Shown in pieces: positions 18,760 to 27,463 of a DNA stretch of 52,579 bases. The translations under genes and the position numbers were made by a program. The stretch covers positions 1-52,579 of the forward strand of contig CAMDFP010000003.1 of the NCBI GenBank assembly GCA_945897335.1. The letters are read 5' to 3'. Below the pieces are notes generated by a model. The model saw nothing but the letters and a program-made list of their open reading frames with translations. It was not told where the DNA came from and searched no databases. The DNA is from Asaia bogorensis. Its GTDB lineage: Bacteria; Pseudomonadota; Alphaproteobacteria; SHVZ01. Every line of letters starts with the position of its first letter. The stretch's first letter is position 1.

Positions 18760-19689
18760 CTACGACGCTGCGCGCGTGATCCCTGCGCCCAGCTTCGGGA
18801 ACTCGCAGCGGATCGAGGTTCCGAGCTTGGGCGCATTGCAATACTGGTTGATGCGAAGGTCGGCGGCGATCGACATCAGGCCGAAGGCATCGGCCGGCGA
18901 GACGCCGAGACGATCACCCAAAAGCTTGATCATCGAGCGCGTGCAGTACTCGGCCGCGTCCTCGAAGGTCGGCGCCGAGGCGGTGGTGATCCAGCGGTCA
19001 TGGGTTTCCAGCCACGGCCATTCCGTGGCCCCGCCCTTCACCAGCTTGAAGCGGAGATGGACGCGGGCGCCGATCTCGGCACCGGAACCGCACATCTCGG
19101 CATCGCCCATGGTCGCGTGGACGTCACCGACATAGAAGAGGCCGAGCGGGGCGTAAATCGGTAGATGCACGGTGGTGCCGACGGCGAGCCGATTGTTGTC
19201 CATGTTGCCGCCATGCTTGCCGATCAGGCCGACCGAGATCGGCTCCAGCGGCGCGCATGCCATGGCGCCGATCATCGGCTTCACCGGCAGGCGCAGGTCC
19301 TTGAAATGCACCTGCCCGTCCTTGACCGGCAGCATGGTGACCGTGCGCTGGTTGACCACGTCGCGAACGATGCCGACCTCGGGGAACACGCCGACATAGC
19401 CCACGGGATCGACCTCGATCGACACGATCTCGACCGCGAGTGAGTCGCCGGGCTCGGCGCCGGCGATGCCGACCGGGCCGGTCATCGGGTTGGAGCGCGG
19501 ATACTTGTCGTTCGGGTTCGGCCGGGTGGTGACCTCGTCCTCAGGCTTGTGCAGCTTCCCTTCGCGCGAGTTGTGGGTCTCGATCATGATCTCGCACGGC
19601 GCCTCGACGGTGAGGCGCGGCTTGTGCGTGGCATCGAAGGCGTATTCGACGCTGGTGCGATCGAGATAGTGCAGCTCGCGGGACGGCAT
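18760..19689 (-). CDS. Acetamidase/formamidase family protein
   Basis: Motifs NPMTGPV..GAEPGD, HGGNMDN, GDVHATMGDAE. Start inferred at MPSRELHY, 4 nt after the upstream stop. Confidence 0.88.
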   Translation of the reverse strand: MPSRELHYLDRTSVEYAFDATHKPRLTVEAPCEIMIETHNSREGKLHKPEDEVTTRPNPNDKYPRSNPMTGPVGIAGAEPGDSLAVEIVSIEVDPVGYVGVFPEVGIVRDVVNQRTVTMLPVKDGQVHFKDLRLPVKPMIGAMACAPLEPISVGLIGKHGGNMDNNRLAVGTTVHLPIYAPLGLFYVGDVHATMGDAEMCGSGAEIGARVHLRFKLVKGGATEWPWLETHDRWITTASAPTFEDAAEYCTRSMIKLLGDRLGVSPADAFGLMSIAADLRINQYCNAPKLGTSIRCEFPKLGAGITRAAS

Positions 19690-19693
19690 CGGT

Positions 19694-20701
19694 TCAGCCC
19701 TCGAAGTCGGTGGCGAGATGGGCGACGCAGTCGCCGCGCTCGGCGCGGCCTTGCGCACGTTTGCAGACGACCAGGCCGGCCCGCTGGAAGCGCGGCTCCA
19801 GCGGCGGGCGCATCGGATCCTCGACGAAGTGGAGGCGCCCGGCGAGCTGGCCTTTCTCGACCCAGTCACCGAGCTCGACCGCCGGCTGGAACAGTCCGTC
19901 GGCCGGGGCGTAGACGAAATAGTCGCGGCCGCCAAGCTGCATGAAGCGGGTCGGCGTTTCCGGCGGCTGGATAGTCCAGGTCTTGAGGATGCCGAGATGG
20001 GCCAGCGTGTTGCGTATGCCGCGCTCGACCAGCGCGACGCCGGTCTTGGACACCGCTGCCCGGCCGCCGAATTCGCCGCCCATCGCCGGGATGCCGCGGA
20101 CATGGGCGCCGCGCTGCGCCAGCCGGTCGTCGGAGCTGCGGCCGACGATGCTGAAGGGCGGCCCGAACGCCTTCACCAGCGCGAACTGCTTCTGGTTCAC
20201 CTCTTCGTTCTGCGTCAGGTGCATACCGCAATAAGTGAGATAGTCGAGCGAGCGGCCGCCGGCATGCAGGTCGTGATAGGCGCTGGCGAGCGGGATCAGA
20301 TGGTTGGCGATGTAGTAGGAAATCTGCGCGGTCGGCCCGCCGTCGGGATCGCCGGGAAAGGCACGGTTCAGGTTGCCGCCGTCGAGCGGCGAGAGCCGCT
20401 GGGCGGCCATCGCCGCCGGGAAGTTGGCGGCGGCGAGGATGATGACCCGCCCCTGGATGTTCTCGGGCTCGAGCTCGCGGATCAGGTTTAGCAGGCCGAT
20501 CTGGCCCTCGTACTCGTCGCCATGGGTGCCGGCGGTGAACAGCATGGTCGGCCCCGGCCCGTTCTTGATGCAGGCGATCGGGATGTGGATGACCTTGTAG
20601 GCGGAGTCGTTCATCGACCACGGCATGAACAGGTTCGAGACCTGCTTTCCGTCCTTGTCGAAGTCGATGTCGGTCGAAATGCGGGTCGGGCGCGTGGTCA
20701 T
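19694..20701 (-). CDS. Succinylglutamate desuccinylase/aspartoacylase family deacylase (DoeB-like)
   Basis: Motifs GTHGDEYEG, NLNRAFPG, DLHAGG, EFGG; C-terminal biotinyl-like YAPADG.F region. Confidence 0.88.
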   Translation of the reverse strand: MTTRPTRISTDIDFDKDGKQVSNLFMPWSMNDSAYKVIHIPIACIKNGPGPTMLFTAGTHGDEYEGQIGLLNLIRELEPENIQGRVIILAAANFPAAMAAQRLSPLDGGNLNRAFPGDPDGGPTAQISYYIANHLIPLASAYHDLHAGGRSLDYLTYCGMHLTQNEEVNQKQFALVKAFGPPFSIVGRSSDDRLAQRGAHVRGIPAMGGEFGGRAAVSKTGVALVERGIRNTLAHLGILKTWTIQPPETPTRFMQLGGRDYFVYAPADGLFQPAVELGDWVEKGQLAGRLHFVEDPMRPPLEPRFQRAGLVVCKRAQGRAERGDCVAHLATDFEG

Positions 20702-20768
20702 GCGGGCTCCGTGGATTCAATCGCGGAAGGAAGGCAAGCCCGCTTCAGCGCGGGCCCGCAACATTTCT

Positions 20769-22358
20769 TTACCTCTTCTCGACTGCCCAGAGCACATGGG
20801 TGCCGATATCGATGATGCCGGAGATGTTGCTGCGATAGGCGGCAGGCGAGGTGTACTGGCCGAGGTTGATGTAGGGCACGGTCTCGTAGAACCGCTTGTT
20901 CAGACGCCCGGCGATCTCTAAGCGCTGGTTCTGGGTCGAGGCCGTGTTGAACTCGGCGCGGATCTTTTCGAGCTCCGGATCGCAAGCCCAGCCGAACCAG
21001 TTCTTGCCGTCGCAGGTCGAGTTGAGTGCGTTGTTGGCTATTGGGTCGCCCTGAAAAATTGCAGTCGAGGTGGTGATGAAGAGATGCCAGCCGGCCCGGT
21101 TGGCCGAGGGCGCGTCCTTGACCGAGCGCCGGGAGACCAGCGTCGACCAGTCCATGCTCTGCATTTCGACATTGAAGCCGGCCTGCCGCAGCTGCTGATT
21201 GGCCAGCTGGGCGAAGATGGTGATCTGCGGATGGTCGGTCGGGTTCATCAGCACCAGCGGCTCATTCTTGTATCCCGACTCCTTCAGCAGCTGCTTCGCC
21301 TTTTCGATGTTGGCGGTCGGCCGGGCGAAATCGCCGAGCCCTGCCTTCGTTTCGAGCGGTGTCCGGCACGAGAGCGCCGACCAGCAGACGATTTCCTGTT
21401 CCGGCACGCCGACGACCGCGTTCAGGTACTGCGCCTGATCGACGGCATAGAGCATCGCCTGGCGGATCTTCGGATTGTCCATCGGCGCAACTAGGTGGTT
21501 CGGCCGCAGGATGGCGAGGCGCCCCAGCTTGTTGGTGATCTCCACCTTCACGTTCGGCGCCTTGCGCAGCATCGGGATCAGATCGTTCGGCGGCGACTGG
21601 ATGATGTCGACCTCGCCGCGGATCAGCGCCTGGATCGCCACGGCCGAGTCGGGCAGGTAAGTGAACTCGATGCGGTCGGTCCTGCCGGTCTTGTTGCCGG
21701 TATGCCCGGCCGGCGGCTCGCTGCGGCCGATATAGTCGGGGTTCTTCCGGTACGACCACTTGGCGCCGGGCTTCCATTCGTCCTTGTTGAAGATGAAGGG
21801 GCCGGAGCCGACCGATTCCGTCACCTGCTGGAACGGATCGACGCTCGCCTCCTTCTCCCTCATGATCAGAAGCGGCGTCCCCGAATTGGCCAGCACCTCC
21901 GTCACCGGACCGAACTTCTCCTTGAACAGGATCTGCCAGGTGTCGGCGTCGAGCGCCTTCATTTCGGCGACGCGGCTCATCATGGTCGAGCCGACCGACA
22001 TGCGCGCGGCCCAGCGCTTGATCGACGGCACGACGTCCTTGGCAGTGACCGGCGTGCCGTCGTGCCACTTGAGGCCGGGGCGAAGCTTGAAGGTCCAGGT
22101 CAGGCCGTCCGGGCTGACGGTGTGGCTGCCGACCATCTGCGGACCGACGCCGCCGTTTCCGTCCTCGCCGTACAGCATGTCGTAGATCAGCGAGCCATGC
22201 GCCAGAGCGACGCCCGCGGTCGTCCAGATCGGGTCGAGGGAGCGCAGCTCGGTCTCGGAGGCGATGTTGAGCGTCACCTCGCCGCGGACGGGGCCGGCTA
22301 GGGAGAGAGCGACGGTCAGGGCGGCTGTCGCGGCCAGAACCTTGGACGTGCGGCGCAT
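20769..22358 (-). CDS. ABC transporter substrate-binding protein, family 5
   Basis: Signal peptide. Motifs LRSLDPIWTTA, LRPGLKWHDGTPVTAKDV, GSGPF, WFGWACD. Confidence 0.92.
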   Translation of the reverse strand: MRRTSKVLAATAALTVALSLAGPVRGEVTLNIASETELRSLDPIWTTAGVALAHGSLIYDMLYGEDGNGGVGPQMVGSHTVSPDGLTWTFKLRPGLKWHDGTPVTAKDVVPSIKRWAARMSVGSTMMSRVAEMKALDADTWQILFKEKFGPVTEVLANSGTPLLIMREKEASVDPFQQVTESVGSGPFIFNKDEWKPGAKWSYRKNPDYIGRSEPPAGHTGNKTGRTDRIEFTYLPDSAVAIQALIRGEVDIIQSPPNDLIPMLRKAPNVKVEITNKLGRLAILRPNHLVAPMDNPKIRQAMLYAVDQAQYLNAVVGVPEQEIVCWSALSCRTPLETKAGLGDFARPTANIEKAKQLLKESGYKNEPLVLMNPTDHPQITIFAQLANQQLRQAGFNVEMQSMDWSTLVSRRSVKDAPSANRAGWHLFITTSTAIFQGDPIANNALNSTCDGKNWFGWACDPELEKIRAEFNTASTQNQRLEIAGRLNKRFYETVPYINLGQYTSPAAYRSNISGIIDIGTHVLWAVEKR

Positions 22359-22432
22359 GTCTTGCTTCCTTTGCTCTCGGGACAGGCTGGAGGTGGGCGC
22401 CAGCGCGGCGGGTCCGCTTGGAAAGACGATCG

Positions 22433-22464
22433 AAAAGAAGAGGCCCGGCGCCTGGCCGGGCCTC
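22433..22464 (-). terminator. Rho-independent terminator-like element between the tandem SBP genes
   Basis: Perfect 10-bp stem GAGGCCCGGC/GCCGGGCCTC followed on the minus strand by UUCUUUU. Confidence 0.65.
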
Positions 22465-22478
22465 CATGACGAGACAGC

Positions 22479-24068
22479 TTACTTCTCGATGTTCCACATG
22501 GAGAGGCGGATGTCGGGAATGACCCCTTTCAGCTCCTTGCGGTAGGCGACTGGGCCGACGAACTGCCCCAGCGGCACATACGGCACGGTCTCGTAGAACC
22601 GGGCCTGGTAGCGCTCGACGACATCCTTGCGCTTGGTGTCGTTGTCCGCGTTCAGATACTCGAGGCGGATGTTCTCGAGCGTCTGGTCGCAGGGCCAGCC
22701 GAACCAGTTGGAGCCGTCGCACGGCGTCTGCGCGCCCGAGTTCATCAGCGGGTCGGACATGAACGGCCCCGTGCCCCAGGTGTGGAACACGTGCCAGCCG
22801 CCCTTGTTGACCGACGGCGCGTCCTTGATCGGACGACGCGAGACCAGGGTCGCCCAGTCCATGGTCTGGACATCGACGTTGAAGCCGGCCTGCTTCATCA
22901 GCTGGGCCGAGATCTGCGTGAGCGCCGAGATCACCGGCTGGTCGGACGGATCCATCAGGACGATCGGCTCGTTCTTGTAGCCCGATTCCTGAAGCAGTTT
23001 CTTCGCCTTGTCGGGTTTGGCCCCCGGCGCGGCCCAGTCGTTGTTGACGCCGGCCTTGCTCTCGAGCGGCGTGCCGCACATGAACACGGCCCAGCAGAGG
23101 GTCCGCATCGAGGTGTCGGACTGCATGACCTGCAGGTACTGGTCCTGGTCGACGGCGTAGAGCAGGGCCTGGCGGACCTTCGGGTTGTTGAAGGGCGGCA
23201 CCAGGCTGTTGGGCCGCATCATCGTCTGGTTGCCGATCTTGTCCATGACCCGAAGTTCGACCATCGGGTTGGCTTTCAGCATCGGCAGCAGGTCGGGCGG
23301 AATCACTTCGATGGCATCCGCCTCGCCCTTCATCACCGCCTGGACGCGGGTGTTGGCGTCGGGGATGTAGATCCATTCGACCGCATCGACCTTGACCACC
23401 TTGCCGCCGGCGGCGCCGTCGGGGGCTTCGGACCGCGGCTTGTAGCCTGCGAACTTCCGATAGATGACGTTATGGCCCGGGTTCCAGTCCTTCGCTGCGA
23501 AGGTGAAGGGGCCGGAGCCGATCATCGTGGTCACGGCGGTGTTCGGATCGACCCGGGCTTCCTGCTCGCGCATGATGAACAGCGGGTTCGCCGAGGTGCC
23601 GAGCACGGCCAGCATCGGCGCGAACGGCGACTTCAGCTTGATCTCGAAGGTGTCGGCCCCGGTCGCCTTGGTCTCGGCGATGCGGGTGATCATGGTGCGG
23701 CCAAGGGTGTTCTTGGCAGCCCAGCGCTGCATCGAGGCGACGACGTCCTTGCCCTGGACCGGGCTGCCGTCATGGAAGGTGATGCCGGGGCGGAGCTTGA
23801 ACGACCAGGTCAGGCCGTCGGCGCTCACCTGATGGCTGTCGACCATCTGGGCCTTGTAGACCCACTTGCTGTCCGGCGCGTACAGCACGTCGTAGACCAT
23901 GTAGCCATGGGTCTGGGTGGTGCCGATGGTGGTGAACAGCGGGTCGAGGACCTTGAGGTCCGCGTCCGGGATATACTTGATGGTCTTCTGAGCGGCGGCA
24001 GGTCCGGCGAGCGCCAGGGCCGTGATGGCTGTTGCCGCAAGCGGAATCAGTCCTCGGATCGTCTTCAT
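22479..24068 (-). CDS. ABC transporter substrate-binding protein, family 5
   Basis: Signal peptide (..PAAA|Q). Motifs DLKVLDP, LRPGITFHDGSPV, GSGPF, WFGWPCD. SD GGAGG before MKTIRG. Confidence 0.92.
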   Translation of the reverse strand: MKTIRGLIPLAATAITALALAGPAAAQKTIKYIPDADLKVLDPLFTTIGTTQTHGYMVYDVLYAPDSKWVYKAQMVDSHQVSADGLTWSFKLRPGITFHDGSPVQGKDVVASMQRWAAKNTLGRTMITRIAETKATGADTFEIKLKSPFAPMLAVLGTSANPLFIMREQEARVDPNTAVTTMIGSGPFTFAAKDWNPGHNVIYRKFAGYKPRSEAPDGAAGGKVVKVDAVEWIYIPDANTRVQAVMKGEADAIEVIPPDLLPMLKANPMVELRVMDKIGNQTMMRPNSLVPPFNNPKVRQALLYAVDQDQYLQVMQSDTSMRTLCWAVFMCGTPLESKAGVNNDWAAPGAKPDKAKKLLQESGYKNEPIVLMDPSDQPVISALTQISAQLMKQAGFNVDVQTMDWATLVSRRPIKDAPSVNKGGWHVFHTWGTGPFMSDPLMNSGAQTPCDGSNWFGWPCDQTLENIRLEYLNADNDTKRKDVVERYQARFYETVPYVPLGQFVGPVAYRKELKGVIPDIRLSMWNIEK

Positions 24069-24256
24069 CTCGTTCGAGCCTCCTCTTTCAGCCTTTGGGG
24101 AGAAACGCCTCCCATTTCGCACCGTAAATGACTGCAGCGAGACTTGCTGCGGTTTCCGTGGCGGCCTAGTTTTGACCGGTCGCGGATACCTATTTTCCGA
24201 TCATCAAACACCGACCGGCGGCGGCGATCAACCGCCTTGGCGGAAAGGGAGAAACG

Positions 24257-25276
24257 ATGGCGATTGATGCAGCCAAGTTGCACCGGGAATCGATCGTCAT
24301 CGATGCCGTATGTCCCCTGCTCCGGGGGCAGAAATACACCGACTGGTACGCCGAGGGCGGAGTCACCATTGCAGCGCCGACCGTCGGCGCCATGGAGGGG
24401 ATCGACGTCACCATGCGCAGCGTCGCCGCGTGGAAAGCCTTCATCGCCAGGAACTCCGGCAACGCCGGCCGGATGACCCAGGTCTCCAGCGTCGCCGAGA
24501 TGCGGGCTGCCAAGCGCAACGACAAGCTCGGTCTTCTCTTCCACTTCCAGGGCACCGACCCGATGGAAGACGATCTCGACATGGTGCATGCCTACAAGGC
24601 GCTCGGCGTCGGCATCATGCAGCTCTGCTACAACATCCGAAACCGCGTCGGCGACGGCGCCGATGAGCGCCAGGACACCGGCCTTTCTTATTTCGGCGTC
24701 GAGATGGTCAAGATGATGAACGAGGCGCGGGTCATCGTCGACGTAGCCCATACCGGCCTCAAGACCAGCTTCGATGCGCTCGAGGTGTCCGAACGGCCGG
24801 TGATCTGCAGCCACGGTAATCCGCGGAAGGTGAAGGAGTCCTACCGCAACCTGCCGGACGACCTGATGAAGGCGATCGCGGCGCAGGGCGGCGTCATCGG
24901 CATGGTGGGCTTCCCGGCCTTCGTCGCCGACGGCCCGGCCCCGACCCTCGATCAGTTCATCGACCACATCGCTTATGCCGCCGACCTGATCGGCATCGAC
25001 CATGTCGGCCTCGGCATCGACTACTACAACGGCCAGTACCTGGTGATGCCGGACGATCAGGCGAAGGCCTACTACGACTCCCTGATCGCCAGCGGCAAGT
25101 GGCGGCCCGGCACATATCCGCCGCCGCCGCACCGCTATCCAGAAGGAATCGAGACGCCGCGGACGCTGCCGAACCTGACCAAGCGCATGGTCGAGCGGGG
25201 GTTCTCGGCCGAGGATACGAAGAAGGTGCTGGGCGAGAACTGGCTTCGGGTCTACGAGGCGGTGTGGGGCGCCTGA
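24257..25276 (+). CDS. Membrane dipeptidase (M19)-like amidohydrolase, atypical metal ligands
   Basis: Motifs QLCYN.RNRVGDG, GLS.FG, VDVAH, ICSHGN, RNLPD, DHIAY, HVGLGID, KVLGENWLRV. Confidence 0.85.
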   Translation: MAIDAAKLHRESIVIDAVCPLLRGQKYTDWYAEGGVTIAAPTVGAMEGIDVTMRSVAAWKAFIARNSGNAGRMTQVSSVAEMRAAKRNDKLGLLFHFQGTDPMEDDLDMVHAYKALGVGIMQLCYNIRNRVGDGADERQDTGLSYFGVEMVKMMNEARVIVDVAHTGLKTSFDALEVSERPVICSHGNPRKVKESYRNLPDDLMKAIAAQGGVIGMVGFPAFVADGPAPTLDQFIDHIAYAADLIGIDHVGLGIDYYNGQYLVMPDDQAKAYYDSLIASGKWRPGTYPPPPHRYPEGIETPRTLPNLTKRMVERGFSAEDTKKVLGENWLRVYEAVWGA

Positions 25277-26730
25277 TGACCCAGAAGCTCTCCGACGCCG
25301 CCCGCAAGATCGTCGAGGCCTATAAGGCGCCGGGCGTCGCCGTCTCGATCCTCAAGGACGGGAAGCCGATCTACCGCGAGTGCTTCGGCGTCATGTCGAC
25401 CGCATCCAGGCGGCCGCTGACCGACGGCGCCACCTTCGACATCGGCTCGATCTCAAAGACCTTCAACGCCGCCACTGTGGCGCTGCTGGTCGAGAAGGGG
25501 CTGGTCGGCTGGGACACGCCCGTGGTCGAGGCGCTGCCGGGCTTCCAACTCTCCGATCCCACCATCACGCCTCATGTCGTCGTGCGCGACCTCGTCGGCC
25601 AGTCCATCGGCTTCGGCGAGGACAACATCATGAACTACAACTCGCGCTTCACCCGGCCCGAGATAATCAAGCTGATCCCGACCCTGCCGCTGCGCGTGCC
25701 GTTCCGCAGCGAGTGCGCTTATCAGCAATTCGGTCCGATCGTCGCGACCGCGATGGTCGAGCACCTGACCGGCGAGGCGTGGGAAGACTTCGTCGAACGC
25801 GAGGTCGCGGCCAGGCTCGGCCTGAAAGAGACCTTCGCCAGCTACTTCCGCATGCCCGATACGTCGATCGCCTGCGACCCGCATCTCGACTTGGGCGACG
25901 GGACGATGAGCGTCATCCCGCACCGGAATTTCGACGCGTTGTCGGCGACCGGCGGCATGACCGCGAGCCTCCGCGACATGGAGACGTGGTTCTCCGCCTT
26001 CGCCTGCGGCGGCGAGGCCAACGGCCGGCGCCTGCTGAAGGAAGAGACGGTCGAGGAGATGCTGACCCCGCGCATCGCCGTACGCCGGAACGGCCTCCAC
26101 CCGCAGCGCTGGACCAGCCGCTACGAGGCCAACTTCGTCAGTTACGGTCTCGGCTGGTACGCGCATGACTTCGCCGGCCGGCGGGTCAATGAGCATACCG
26201 GTGCCCTCGAGGGCTTCCTGGTGCTGGGCTGCTCGGTTCCCTCCGAGCGGGTCGCCGTTGTCGTCCTCACCAACCAGCACCAGTCGGCTGCTATCAATCC
26301 GCTGCGATACCTGCTGCTAGCCCACGCCTTCGGCATTGAGCAGAAGGACTGGGACGGTCGTTTCCGCACCCTGGCCAAGGACTCGAAGCGCGCTCCTCGG
26401 CTGATCAACGGCGAACCCTATTTCTGGCGGCCGCTCGGCCGAGTCGAGGGGACGAAGCCGAGCCAGGCGCTGGCCGACTATGTCGGCGACTACGTCCATC
26501 CGGGTTACGGCACCGTGCCAGTGCGGATTGAGAAGGACCGCCTCTCCATCGACATCATCGGCAACCCCTGTGACGCCGACCATTGGCACCGCGAGATCTT
26601 CCGGGCGGTTCCGCGCGATCCGGCGATCCGCTCCTACCACCAGGAGATCTTCTTCTCCTTCGAGCCCGATCCGGCCGGGAGGCTGAACCGGCTGGTCATT
26701 CCCACCATCGGCCGCTTCTCGCGGGCCTGA
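25276..26730 (+). CDS. Serine hydrolase, beta-lactamase/D-amidase superfamily, with C-terminal DUF3471-like domain
   Basis: Motifs FDIGSISK (SxxK), YGLGW, HTG; C-terminal YVGDYVHPGYG. TGATG coupling to the upstream gene. No signal peptide. Confidence 0.88.
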   Translation: MTQKLSDAARKIVEAYKAPGVAVSILKDGKPIYRECFGVMSTASRRPLTDGATFDIGSISKTFNAATVALLVEKGLVGWDTPVVEALPGFQLSDPTITPHVVVRDLVGQSIGFGEDNIMNYNSRFTRPEIIKLIPTLPLRVPFRSECAYQQFGPIVATAMVEHLTGEAWEDFVEREVAARLGLKETFASYFRMPDTSIACDPHLDLGDGTMSVIPHRNFDALSATGGMTASLRDMETWFSAFACGGEANGRRLLKEETVEEMLTPRIAVRRNGLHPQRWTSRYEANFVSYGLGWYAHDFAGRRVNEHTGALEGFLVLGCSVPSERVAVVVLTNQHQSAAINPLRYLLLAHAFGIEQKDWDGRFRTLAKDSKRAPRLINGEPYFWRPLGRVEGTKPSQALADYVGDYVHPGYGTVPVRIEKDRLSIDIIGNPCDADHWHREIFRAVPRDPAIRSYHQEIFFSFEPDPAGRLNRLVIPTIGRFSRA

Positions 26731-26824
26731 ACAAGAGCGCTGATGAACGCTTAAGGCTACGTGGCATTGTTGGGTGCTGCTAGGCATCCAGCAACCCGAA
26801 GCGCGGCCGACGACCAAGGAGCGC

Positions 26825-27452
26825 ATGGCTGAACGGCGCGCATCGGGCTCGATCTCCTGGAGGACCGTCGCCGCCGCGACGGCTGGCGTCGCCACGACCC
26901 TGGCGCTCATTTACATGCTCGACGCGGCTGTCCAGAAGCGGGCCGACGATCACGCCAGCAACGAGACGTTGCGGAGCGTTGGTACGCGAGGGCGTCAGCA
27001 TGTTGTCCGCTTCAGCGCGGAAGGCCGGGCTCGATCTCGACATCGAGCTGCCGGACGGGTTGCCGAAGCTCGTCGCCGACCCGCGAGCGGTCGTCCAGAT
27101 CCTGGTCAGCCTGATGATGAACGCGGTCAAGTTCACGCCAGCCGGAGGTCGTGTTCGTGTTGCGGCGCGGATCGACGACGCCGGCGTGATGATCGTCTCG
27201 GTTGCCTACAATGGCGTGGGCATAGAACCCGAGGAGGTCGGCCGCTTGCTGCAGCCGTTCGAGCAGGTGGAGGAGACGCTGGTGCGGTCACGCGGCGGCG
27301 CCGGTCCCGGACTCCCCATCGCCTTCGGCCTGATGTGCCTGCATGGTGGTACGCTCGCGATCGAGAGCCGCCCGGGCACGGGGACGACCGTCCTCTGCCG
27401 CTTCCCTGCCTCGCGTGTCCGGCGGTCGTGCGCCCGCCCGGTCGACGGCTGA
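26825..27452 (+). pseudogene. Degenerate sensor histidine kinase remnant (N-terminal TM fragment plus out-of-frame HATPase_c)
   Basis: A TM-bearing start at 26825 joins out of frame to the 26979-27452 HATPase (ADPRAVVQILVSLMMNAVKFT, PFEQV, HGGTLAIESRPGTGTTV). No H-box. G1 reads YNGVG and G2 reads GAGPGL. Confidence 0.7.
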
Positions 27453-27463
27453 CGTCCCCTCAG

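Noticed and set aside
19694-20701. Ectoine catabolism operon (doeB)
   Set aside because: Family resemblance only; no doeA, doeC, doeD or eutBC genes in the window.
14069-26730. Microcystin degradation (mlrABCD) cluster
   Set aside because: No mlrA-like CPBP protease or mlrD-like transporter. M81 and SxxK families are widespread beyond microcystin degraders.
25276-26730. Beta-lactam resistance gene
   Set aside because: No signal peptide, non-canonical second motif and a catabolic context.
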